From: an uncultured Dehalococcoidia bacterium
Lineage (GTDB): Bacteria > Chloroflexota > Dehalococcoidia > Lucifugimonadales > UBA3495
Assembly (NCBI GenBank): GCA_950072105.1
Contig: CATMOE010000083.1
Location: 1-12,427 of the forward strand
DNA length: 12,427 nucleotides
Reading direction: 5' to 3'
In this document: positions 1-8,640 of the stretch, one piece after another
Position numbering within the stretch: position 1 is the first letter of the stretch
Layout: each line of letters starts with the position of its first letter
The notes under the pieces: generated by a model
Databases searched by the model: none
The model's input: only the letters and a program-made list of their open reading frames with translations
Told to the model about the DNA's origin: nothing
Made by a program: the position numbers and the translations under genes

Positions 1-384
1 CCGGCGGCCAAAGAGGGGTTCATACCGGGACTGGGCACCTACCGGCTGCCCCGGTACATCGGCCTGGGCCGGGCCAAGCGAATGGCCATCTCGGGCGAGA
101 ACGTCGACGGTCTTGAAGCGCTTCGCATCGGGTTGGTGGACTACGTCGTCAAAGCTCAAGACTTCGACCAGGAAGTTGAGGAGCTAGCCGAGCGGTATCT
201 GGCCCTCAGTTCCGAGGGCGCGCGGCAGACCAAGCTCATGCTTTCGGCCTACCAGGACCTGCCCCACGGCCAGTTCTTCGAGGAATACCTGCACCGCCAG
301 TCCATCGCCATCGCCTCCCCCGACCACGACGAGGCGATGAACGCCCTCCGGGAGAAACGGGGCCCGGTCTACAAGTCGCGATAG
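1..384 (+). CDS. Enoyl-CoA hydratase/isomerase (crotonase) family protein, 5'-truncated by the window edge
   Basis: Frame 1 is open from base 1: PAAKEGFIPGLGTYRLPRYIGLGRAKRMAISGENVDGLEALRIGLVDYVV...SPDHDEAMNALREKRGPVY, which matches the C-terminal half of crotonases. The ATG at 82 is internal. Stop TAG at 382-384. Confidence 0.9.
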   Translation, partial: PAAKEGFIPGLGTYRLPRYIGLGRAKRMAISGENVDGLEALRIGLVDYVVKAQDFDQEVEELAERYLALSSEGARQTKLMLSAYQDLPHGQFFEEYLHRQSIAIASPDHDEAMNALREKRGPVYKSR

Positions 385-397
385 GGTCGGTTTCTAG
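384..397 (+). repeat. Left copy of a degenerate 14-bp direct repeat (GGGTCGGTTTCTAG)
   Basis: 12/14 identical to GGGCCGGTTTTTAG at 4320-4333; both mismatches are C/T transitions. Starts at the last base of the crotonase stop codon. Confidence 0.5.
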
Positions 398-431
398 GCG
401 GGATTTACCGTCTCTTGGGGCCCCGGCACCT

Positions 432-3400
432 TTACTTCTGGCCGTTTCCAGTGACCACGGCGGTCGCCTGCTCAAGGTCCCCGATGGAGATTGGTTTCTG
501 AAGAACAAGATTGGCCAGCGGGTCCAGGAAGGAACGGGTGCTGGAATTCGCCATGTCTCCGGTGAGAAATATGATCTTACCGGCCATGACCGGGTCCGCC
601 GCGTTTAATCGTTGGAATAATTCTTGGCCGCCTGTCCCGGCCATGCGCAGATCGAGCATGATGCAGTCGTAGCTCTGGTCTTGCAATCTATCCCAGGCTT
701 CATCGCCGTCGCCGGCCGCGTCGACTTTATGATTCCGTCGCTCAAGAAGCCTGACGATGATGTTCCGGAGGTCTGGCTCATCGTCAACCACCAACAGCCG
801 AAGCGGGGAAATGGCTGGTTCATCTGGCCGACCGGCGGCGCCCGAGTCGCTCGGCGGTTCCGCCAATCGCTCGCCCATCGTCGACGGAACTTCTATTTGG
901 AAGGTGGAACCCGACACGCCGTCGCTCTCCGCCCACAATGAGCCCCCCAACTGGGCAATGATTCCGTAGGAAACGCTCAGGCCCAATCCCGTACCGCAGC
1001 CCGCCTCTTTAGTCGTGAAAAATGGGTCGAACACTTTCCCCAGATTTTCAGCCGAAATACCAGGTCGATCGTCGGATATGCTGATTCGGGTTGACCCGCC
1101 GGTCTCCTGAACCGAAATCGAAATGTGACCGCGCCCGTGGGCCCCGACGCAGGCATGCTCTGCATTGCTCAGGATGTTTAAGAGGACCTGGGTCATCAAT
1201 TACTCGTCTATCGCGATTTCAGGATGGTCCAAGAGAACATTGGTTGAAGCAGAGATGTTGTTCACGCGAAAGTCGTGATTCTTCAGCGCCAGGCAACGTT
1301 CGATGAATTCTCTGGCATCGACCGCGGCGATCTCCGGGGAAGACTTCTTCGCGAATTGCAATAGGTTCCGTACGATGGTTGCCGCCCGTTTCCCTTGATC
1401 TGAGATGACCTTCAAGTCATTGATGACCGGGTTTGGAAGGCCCTGGCTCATCAGGGATTCGGAGTAAAGGCTAATGGCGGCCAATGGGTTATTGATCTCA
1501 TGGGCCACGCCGGATGCCAACTCCCCCACAGAGAGCAGACGGCCAGCTTCGGCTATCCTTTCTAGTTCCGTCTTTCGATCCGTGATGTCTTCGGCGAACC
1601 CGCTCATCCTGAACAGATTTCCATCGGTGTCGTTCACCGGAAAGCCACGGCTGTGGATCCACCGCACCGAGCCGTCCCGTTTGATGATTCTATATTCCAC
1701 ATCAAGATAGCCGGTCTTGTCCGCGTCGCTGCTACCCTGTTGAATCATTTCCCTGTCTTCAGGGTGAATGTTCCTGTAGATCTTTCCAAAGTCAGCGTAG
1801 GTATCTGCCAGCGGTGAGTCCCAAACCTCTTCAGCATTCGGGCTTGCGTATAACAGACGACGCGGATCCAGTTCAACCAGCCAAAATACTCCGCTAATGC
1901 TGTCCGCAATCTGCCGGAACCGCGTATCACTCTCCGAAACGGCCAGCTGTGCCCGGTCTCTCTCAGTGGACAATTTGAAAGTAGCGAGAGCGCCTGCCAG
2001 CATGATACCTATTCGGTCCGCTGTGGCCATGTCGTATTTGCTGTATTCTCTCTCGCAGGGACAAGAGAATCAATGTGCCGATGATGTTTCCTTCGAAAAC
2101 CAGTGGCACGGCCATCATCGTCCGATAGCCGCGACCAAACATCTCTTGGACGATCGGTAATGACCCGGAAACCAAACGCGGATCGTCAGAATTAATGATC
2201 TGACCTGTTCCGTGCTTGACGACCTCAGCGGTTATCGACCCCGCATAGAGTTTGCCGTAATTACCCACCACCATCAATCTTGGATCATGCAAGAATTCGG
2301 TGAAATCCGGACTGAAAGTCTCGGTGTCGAGATCTACAGCTACAATCACAACATGGTCCAGAGAGATGACATTGGCAATCTCAGATATCAGCGCCTCAGA
2401 CGCACCTGGTCTGCTCAGCGGCACGCTCAAGATTCGACCTATCGCGGCCTCTGCTTCAAGGATGATCCTACCCCGCGCTTCACTTTCTGAGCGGGCCAAC
2501 TGGGCCCGGTCTCTCTCGGCGGCAATCTTGAAGGTAGCTAGCCCCCCGGCCAGTAGAGCGCTGATCCGTCCCGCGGTGATCAGGTCCTCTTCACAGTATT
2601 GTCCGTCTAGCCTAGAACAGACAACAGTCCCGTTGATCGTTCCCTCAAACTCCAACGGCACAGCAAGGATGGAACTGTAGCCGTGATCGATGACTATCTG
2701 GGCTAGGGGCAGTTCTCCAGACGATATCCGGTCATCGTCGGAATTAACTATCTGACCGGCCCCCGTACGAATCACCTCGGCGGTGATCGATCCGGAATAT
2801 GGCTGTCCTACAATGCTGGCGACCATCTCGTCGAGGTTGTTAAAAATTTCGTTGAATTCCTGACTGAAAGTCTCTGCTTTGAGGTCTACACTCATGATGA
2901 CGAGTCTGTCCGTAGGAATTATCTTATCGACCCGTAATCTCATCGCGTCAATCACATCGGAATCTTCCCTGGGGGAACTCAGGATTTTACCGATGGCAGC
3001 CTCTGCCTCAAGAATAGCCTTGTTTTTTGCGATTTCCCGTTCGGCTTCGACCCTAAATTCCCGTTGTTTGAAATCGGCGAACGCCCCTGCCACCAGATTC
3101 CCCAGCCTTGCGGCTTTGGCTAGGTCTTTTCCAGTGAACGGGCCTGAACCTCGGTTAAATCCCATCGTGCCGATGACTTGGTCTCCCACGATCAGGGGAA
3201 CCGAGATGAGGTAAGGCTGACCGGAAGAGACGAACAATCCTGCTCGGGGGAACCTTGGTTTCGCGCCCTCACGATCATCCAACCTAAAGATCTGGCTAGT
3301 TCTGGACCGAACAACAATCTCCATTGCTGTCCCATCGATCGGTATGGCTTTCCCAATAACGAAGTCCGGAATCTGTTCACCAATCAGGAACTCAGTGGTA

Positions 3401-4098
3401 TAGGCATTGTTTGCGAGGTCCAAGGAATTCAGAGCTACTCGCTCGAACTCGATAATTTCCGCCGCTTCCTCCGCGAACCTTTTAAACACATCGGGACCGA
3501 CCAAGGTGGAGCTGACAATTCCGCTGATTTTGGCCTCCGCCTCGTTTATCTCCTGGAGTCCCGCCTTCGCAATCATCATCCCAACCACGGCGCCAACCGC
3601 GACGAGCATTCGGACGGTGTCTTCTTGAAAATGGTCGAGGAATCTGGAGGCAAAACTGAGAGTACCAAAGATCTCCGCATCAATCAGGACGGGGAGTACC
3701 ATCGAGGACTTAACGCCCGAGTCCAAATAACCTTGAATCAAGGTTTCTTTGGCAGGATAGTTGTTGACCACGGCGGGAATGCCTGTACGGAGTGTTTCTG
3801 ATGCCATGCCGGTGCTAACCGAGATGCTCATCCGGATGTCTTCGGGCGGCACCAGGAAGTTGTAGGAGGCGACAAGGTCTAATTTGGAGTTGTCGGGATC
3901 CCATTCACGCAGAATGACCAGATCCGCGCCAGTGAACCTGGCCAATGCCGCCAGCGTTGATTCACATTTTTCCAAAAAGGACAGGCGGCCCGTCAGGATT
4001 CCGGTGATTTCGACAATCGTGTCTAATTCTTCGGGGTTTTGATGGGAGTCGGCCATTGCTACCATATTGGAAAAATCTTGAACTCCATCCGAGGACAT
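432..4098 (-). pseudogene. Disrupted cytoplasmic hybrid sensor histidine kinase (4xGAF-PAS/PAC-HisKA-HATPase_c-REC), about 1220 aa if restored
   Basis: Three ORF fragments join into one protein. 1963..4098 carries the GAF repeats. 1200..2030 carries PAS (IHPEDRE...EYRIIKRDGSVRWIHSRG...EDITDRK) and the H-box LASGVAHEINNPL. 432..1199 carries the N-box QVLLNILSNA, FDPFFTTK, GTGLGLS and REC (LLVVDDE...MLDLRM...QKP). Lesions: frameshift within 2046-2073, in-frame TAA at 1200-1202, G1 box reading DDRPG instead of DxGxG. Confidence 0.85.
1941..3015 (-). repeat. Tandem intragenic duplication of a 184-aa GAF plus linker module (GAF3/GAF4)
   Basis: ILEAEAAIG.ILS, ETFS, GSITAEV, GQI.NSDD, AVPL.FEG and LATFK...ERDRAQLA each occur twice. 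DNA anchors ctctgc(c/t)tcaag at 3001 and 2449 give a 552-nt period. Confidence 0.9.
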
Positions 4099-4115
4099 TA
4101 ACCCAAATAGGGAGT

Positions 4116-4141
4116 AATAACGTCAAAAATACTGACTTATT
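4116..4141. promoter_or_regulatory. Imperfect inverted repeat, possible operator upstream of the kinase
   Basis: AATAA-C-GTCA-AAAATAC-TGAC-TTATT (GTCA-N7-TGAC core with AATAA/TTATT flanks), 17 bp upstream of the kinase ATG in an AT-rich spacer. Confidence 0.3.
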
Positions 4142-4319
4142 GCGATAACCATAACATTCACTGCCAGATTATTGCAGGTTTCGTACCATACATCATGCCT
4201 AATCCATCTTTAAAACACGATATCCAATCAGCATAGCTCTGACCTAGGGTCTTGCTGGATATAAGCCCCTTAATACGCATGGAGTGACCGCTGCCAATAG
4301 TGGAGCGCGGCGACATCTG

Positions 4320-4333
4320 GGGCCGGTTTTTAG
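4320..4333 (+). repeat. Right copy of a degenerate 14-bp direct repeat (GGGCCGGTTTTTAG)
   Basis: Matches 384-397 at 12/14 positions and contains the LLM gene stop codon (TAA on the minus strand, 4330-4332). Confidence 0.5.
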
Positions 4334-5289
4334 ACCTTAGGCCAGACCCGTAGTGCCAGCGCTTCTTGCATGGCGATGATATCGCTGGGGTCGCCGGCCT
4401 TGGAACTGGCCACCCCGCCAAAGTCGAATATCAGGTTGGTCACCCCGATTGCCTCGTAGGACCGGATGTCCTCGGCCACCTTGTCGGGCGGGCCGGCAAA
4501 TGGGATTCCGTCTGTGCCATCTGAATTGGGATCAAAAGTGGACACCCGGAACGCGACCTCGACGTCTTTGGGGTCTCGTCCCTCGCGCTCGGTGCGGGCC
4601 GCCAACCGGTCCATGGACGCTTTCAGCAACTCGGGGGTGCCCAGCGGGAACCCGGGGTTGGTCCCCACGGGGTGCCACGCGTTCCCCATGCGGGCGGCCC
4701 GCCGAATGGCCCGGTTGCTCTCGCCACCCACCCAGATGGGGATGTGGGGCTTCTGCACGGGTTTGGGCAAGAAATGAATATTCGAAAAGTTGACGTACTT
4801 GCCCTCGAACGTCGGGTCGTCCGACGTCCAAAGCTCGATGAAGGCCCGGATATATTCGTCGGTGACCGCCCCTCGGTCATCGAAAGACGGCAGGTCCAAG
4901 GTCTCGAATTCCTCTCTCAGCCAGCCGGCCCCCACGCCGAGAGTCACCCGGCCGTTGGACAGCACGTCCAGGGTGGCCAGAGCCTTTGCAGCGACGATGG
5001 GGTTGCGGTGGGGCACGATCATGACGCTGGTGCCCAGGCGCAGAGTGGTGGTCTGGCCTGCGATGAACGCCAGCACCGTGAGTTGGTCGAGGCAGGCCCC
5101 GCCGATGGTCCCGGGGTGGACGGCTTCAGGGTTGTAGGGATAAGGCGAGGAGATGTCCTTGGGGAAGACTATGTGGTCTGGACAGACCACCGTATCGAAC
5201 CCCAAGTCCTCGCCCCGGCGGACCAGGGCCCGCATGGACTCTGGTGCCGAGAGGGGACCGCTGCCGGGTATTGTGAAACCGTATTTCAT
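4330..5289 (-). CDS. LLM-class (luciferase-like) oxidoreductase, probably F420-dependent, Rv2161c-like
   Basis: 319 aa with the motifs GFDTVVCPDH, TTTLRLGTSVMIVPHRNP, LATLDVLSNGRVTLGVGAGW, PKPVQKPHIPIWVGG and AIRRAA. SD GGGAG 7 nt upstream of the ATG. Confidence 0.9.
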   Translation of the reverse strand: MKYGFTIPGSGPLSAPESMRALVRRGEDLGFDTVVCPDHIVFPKDISSPYPYNPEAVHPGTIGGACLDQLTVLAFIAGQTTTLRLGTSVMIVPHRNPIVAAKALATLDVLSNGRVTLGVGAGWLREEFETLDLPSFDDRGAVTDEYIRAFIELWTSDDPTFEGKYVNFSNIHFLPKPVQKPHIPIWVGGESNRAIRRAARMGNAWHPVGTNPGFPLGTPELLKASMDRLAARTEREGRDPKDVEVAFRVSTFDPNSDGTDGIPFAGPPDKVAEDIRSYEAIGVTNLIFDFGGVASSKAGDPSDIIAMQEALALRVWPKV

Positions 5290-5303
5290 GCTTGTTCTCC
5301 CAT
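5286..5303 (-). other. Possible 5-codon upstream mini-ORF (MGEQA*) coupled to the LLM start
   Basis: Minus strand reads AGGAG-TCCGGAC-ATG GGA GAA CAA GCA TGA. The TGA overlaps the LLM ATG (ATGA). Confidence 0.3.
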
Positions 5304-5353
5304 GTCCGGACTCCTGCTGCTACTGATAAAACAGAGGGTCTCAGTATCCGGGG

Positions 5354-5382
5354 AGTGTATTAACCGCCTCGGTGCCTGTCAA
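5354..5382 (-). promoter_or_regulatory. Sigma70-type promoter for the LLM gene
   Basis: Minus strand TTGACA (5382-5377), 17-nt spacer, TACACT (5359-5354). Confidence 0.65.
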
Positions 5383-5405
5383 CGCAGTCCGTTCCGCGCC
5401 CATTC

Positions 5406-5414
5406 TGATAAGAT
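5406..5414 (+). promoter_or_regulatory. Possible extended -10 promoter for the box operon
   Basis: TG-A-TAAGAT ending 32 nt before the proposed boxC ATG. No recognisable -35. Confidence 0.4.
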
Positions 5415-5446
5415 TGACCAAATCGTTCCAAGCCGGACCGAGCGCT

Positions 5447-7144
5447 ATGGCTGATACAGGCACCGCATCCGGTCACGAGACCGGAATCTTCGTGGATTTT
5501 GCCACCAGTCCCTCCCAGTACAAGCACTGGCGGCTTGAAGTCGACGGGCGGGTCGCCCGGCTGAGCTTGGACGTCCAGGAAGACCAACCTTTGGTCCCCG
5601 GTTATGAGCTCAAGCTAAATTCCTACGATCTGGGCGTGGACATCGAGTTGTATGACGCCGTCCAGCGGCTGCGGTTCGAGCACCCCGAGGTCGGCGCGGT
5701 GGTGATCACTTCCGCCAAAGACCGGGTCTTCTGCGCCGGCGCCAACATCAAGATGCTGGGCCAGTCGGGCCACGGCTTCAAGGTGAATTTCTGTAAGTTC
5801 ACCAACGAGACCAGGAACAGCATGGAGGATGCGTCGGCGAACTCGGGCCAGACCTATATCTGCGCCATCAACGGCCCCGCCGCGGGAGGCGGGTACGAGT
5901 TGGCCTTGGCCTGCGATCACATCCTGCTGATCGATGACGGCTCAAGCACCGTTTCTTTACCCGAGTTGCCCTTGCTGGCAGTCCTGCCCGGCACCGGCGG
6001 GCTGACACGTCTGGTGGACAAACGCGGGGTACGGCACGACCACGCCGACTTCCTCTGCACCACCTCGGAGGGCATCCGCGGCAACCGGGCCTTGGACTGG
6101 CGGCTGGTGGACCAACTCGCCCCTCGCTCTGCATTCGATGAGGCAGTCACCAAACTGGCATCGGAGACCGCCGCGAAGTCCGACCGGCCCGCCTCCGCCC
6201 GAGGGATCGACCTAACGCCCCTGGAGCGCCAGGTCGACGCAGACCAAATTCGCTACGAATACGTCAAGATCGTCCTGGACCGGGAGCTGGGGGTGGCTAA
6301 TATCCTCATCCAAGGTCCAAGCGGAGCCCCCCAGTCCAGCCTCGAGTACATCCATGACGCCGGCGATAAGTTCTGGCCGCTGGCATTAGCCCGTCAGTTG
6401 GACGACGCCATCCTGCACCTCAGGCTCAACGAAAGCGAGACCGGGACCTGGGTGTTCCGCACGAAGGGCGACAAAAACCTGGTTGCCGCCTACGATGATC
6501 TCCTTTTGAAACACGCCTCGGACTGGCTGGTTCGAGAGATAACACTCTACCTGAAGCGCACCTTGAAACGCCTGGACGTTAGTTCCCGGTCTTTAGTCAC
6601 ACTGATTGAGCCGGGGAGCTGTTTCACCGGGACGCTGCTGGAGCTGGCGCTGGCCGCCGACCGATGCTACATGCTGGACGGAGAATTTGAAGACGATGCC
6701 GACTCGGCCGCACCTGCAGCGGTTCGGCTTACGGGCATGAACTTTGGGCCTCTGCCGATGGTCAACGGAATCACTCGCCTGGAAGGCCGGTTCTTGGGCC
6801 GGCCCGAGGCCATCGACGCCATCATGGAACGGACCGGCAACGACTTGGACGCACACACCGCCTTCGACCTGGGTCTGGTCACTTTCATCCCCGACGACAT
6901 CGACTGGGAGGATGAGGTACGCTTGGCCCTGGAAGAACGGTCCAGCTTCTCGCCCGACGCCCTGACCGGCATGGAAGCCAGCCTGCGTTTCGGCGGGCCG
7001 GAGACCATGGAGAGTAAGATATTCGGACGGCTCAGCGCGTGGCAAAACTGGATCTTCCAGCGCCCCAACGCCTCCGGTGAGCAGGGCGCTTTGCAGCTAT
7101 ACGGCACCGGTACGAAACCTCTATTCGACAAAGGCCGGGTGTGA
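5447..7144 (+). CDS. boxC: 2,3-epoxybenzoyl-CoA dihydrolase BoxC
   Basis: Double-crotonase protein with BoxC signatures PGYELKLNSYDLGVDIEL.DAVQRLRFEHPEV, FKVNFCKFTNETRN, LPELPLLAVLPGTGGLTR and GPETMESKIFGRLSAWQNWIFQRPNA. Start placed at ATG 5447 (565 aa) rather than GTG 5372. Confidence 0.95.
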   Translation: MADTGTASGHETGIFVDFATSPSQYKHWRLEVDGRVARLSLDVQEDQPLVPGYELKLNSYDLGVDIELYDAVQRLRFEHPEVGAVVITSAKDRVFCAGANIKMLGQSGHGFKVNFCKFTNETRNSMEDASANSGQTYICAINGPAAGGGYELALACDHILLIDDGSSTVSLPELPLLAVLPGTGGLTRLVDKRGVRHDHADFLCTTSEGIRGNRALDWRLVDQLAPRSAFDEAVTKLASETAAKSDRPASARGIDLTPLERQVDADQIRYEYVKIVLDRELGVANILIQGPSGAPQSSLEYIHDAGDKFWPLALARQLDDAILHLRLNESETGTWVFRTKGDKNLVAAYDDLLLKHASDWLVREITLYLKRTLKRLDVSSRSLVTLIEPGSCFTGTLLELALAADRCYMLDGEFEDDADSAAPAAVRLTGMNFGPLPMVNGITRLEGRFLGRPEAIDAIMERTGNDLDAHTAFDLGLVTFIPDDIDWEDEVRLALEERSSFSPDALTGMEASLRFGGPETMESKIFGRLSAWQNWIFQRPNASGEQGALQLYGTGTKPLFDKGRV

Positions 7145-7173
7145 TGGCGGACCCGGCGAGATTTGAGTAAATC

Positions 7174-8613
7174 ATGGCTATAGAACATTCAAACATCGAC
7201 TACTCCGAGCGCATTCCTAACAACGTGGACCTGTCGGGCAACCGCCGTCTGCAACGGGCGCTGGAGTCCTGGCAGCCGAACTACATCAAGTGGTGGCAGG
7301 ACCTGGGGCCGGACCGCAGCAACGGATTCGATGTCTACCTGCGCACGGCAATCAGTGTTGAGCGCGACGGCTGGGCCAACTTTGGGTTCGTAAAGATGCC
7401 CGAATACCGCTGGGGAATCTTCCTCGCCAAGCCCAATCTCGACCGCAAGATATCGTTCGGAGACCACAAGGGCGAGCCTGTCTGGCAGGACGTTCCTGGA
7501 GAGTACCGGGCCCCGCTCCGCCGGCTGATCGTCACCCAAGGAGACACGGAACCCGCGTCGGTGGAACAGCAGAACCACCTTGGGGCGACCTGTCCTTCTC
7601 TCTACGACCTGCGAAACCTGTTCCAAATCAACGTGGAAGAGGGCCGGCATCTGTGGGCCATGGTCTATCTGCTTCATGCCTATTTCGGTCGCGACGGGCG
7701 CGAAGAGGCCGAGATGTTGCTGGAGCGGCACTCGGGAGACGCCGACAAGCCTCGCATATTGGGCGCCTTCAACGAGCCGACTCCCGACTGGCTCTCGTAT
7801 TACATGTTCACTTATTTCACCGACCGCGACGGCAAATTCCAACTGGCGGCGCTGGCCGAGTCGGGCTTCGATCCTCTGGCTCGCACCTGCCAGTTCATGC
7901 TCACCGAGGAGGCCCACCACATGTTCGTCGGCGAGACGGGCATCATGAGGGTGGTCCAGCGCACCTGTGAGGTCATGAAAGAGGTCCAGAGCGAAGACCC
8001 CAAACAAGTTCGGGAAGGCGGCGCGATTGACCTGGGCACGTTGCAGAGGTACATAAACCTGCACTTCACAGTTTCCGTGGACCTGTTCGGCCAGGAGATT
8101 TCCACCAACGCCGCAACCTACTTCAACACCGGGCTAAAGGGCCGCTATCTGGAATCACGGCTCGATGACGACCACCGCTTAACCGATAGCTCATGGCCGG
8201 TGCACCTGGTCCATGACGGGCGCATCGTACTGGAGGACCGGCCGGCCGTAACCGCGGTCAACGAGCGGCTGCGTGACGATTACATCAAGGACTCCCAACG
8301 GGGGATAGACCGTTGGAACGCGGTGCTGGACTCCCACGGGGTGGATTTCCGGTTCACGCTGCCCCACCGGTTCTTCAACCGACACATCGGGACATCGGCT
8401 GGCATCAACGTAACGCCCCAGGGCGAAGTCATCTCCGAATCCGAGTGGCAGTCCCGGGAGGGCGGATGGCTGCCCACCGACGAGGACCAAGCGTTTGTCG
8501 GTTCGCTGATGAACCGAGTGACCGAGCCGGGGAAGATCGCCGCCTGGATAGCCCCTCCTGCACGAGGTATAGACGGCAAGCCATGGGACTACGAGTATGT
8601 CCGGTTCAATTGA
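7174..8613 (+). CDS. boxB: Benzoyl-CoA 2,3-epoxidase oxygenase subunit BoxB (di-iron)
   Basis: 479 aa with IPNNVDL, VYLRTA, KMPEYRWGIF, QGDTEPASVEQQ, FTDRDGKFQL and the two ExxH iron-ligand motifs EEGRH and EEAHH. Lies directly downstream of boxC. Confidence 0.96.
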   Translation: MAIEHSNIDYSERIPNNVDLSGNRRLQRALESWQPNYIKWWQDLGPDRSNGFDVYLRTAISVERDGWANFGFVKMPEYRWGIFLAKPNLDRKISFGDHKGEPVWQDVPGEYRAPLRRLIVTQGDTEPASVEQQNHLGATCPSLYDLRNLFQINVEEGRHLWAMVYLLHAYFGRDGREEAEMLLERHSGDADKPRILGAFNEPTPDWLSYYMFTYFTDRDGKFQLAALAESGFDPLARTCQFMLTEEAHHMFVGETGIMRVVQRTCEVMKEVQSEDPKQVREGGAIDLGTLQRYINLHFTVSVDLFGQEISTNAATYFNTGLKGRYLESRLDDDHRLTDSSWPVHLVHDGRIVLEDRPAVTAVNERLRDDYIKDSQRGIDRWNAVLDSHGVDFRFTLPHRFFNRHIGTSAGINVTPQGEVISESEWQSREGGWLPTDEDQAFVGSLMNRVTEPGKIAAWIAPPARGIDGKPWDYEYVRFN

Positions 8614-8640
8614 TTCGGCGTCTGTCCAAGGAGTGATGCG

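Noticed and set aside
432..2030. Treating 432..1199 and 1200..2030 as separate genes
   Set aside because: They are in the same frame, separated only by one TAA inside the catalytic core, and continue the upstream GAF repeat after a frameshift.
2047..2054. (GA)4 run as a phase-variation or programmed frameshift site
   Set aside because: The run is short, the repeat alignment favours a single-base insertion, and a downstream stop plus a G1-box mutation would still inactivate the kinase.
3178..3801. 207-aa plus-strand ORF and other small ORFs antisense to the kinase
   Set aside because: Shadow ORFs opposite a clear coding gene, with no recognisable motifs.
5321..5346. TACTGA-N14-TCAGTA inverted repeat in the LLM/boxC spacer
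   Set aside because: Only 6-bp arms, which is plausible by chance, and no known operator match.
5372..5446. GTG start of boxC at 5372
   Set aside because: It overlaps the LLM promoter and lies upstream of the candidate boxC -10. ATG 5447 gives a typical BoxC length.
4449..5587. 260-aa ORF 4672..5454 and other overlapping ORFs around the LLM gene
   Set aside because: Antisense or alternative-frame shadows typical of high-GC coding DNA.
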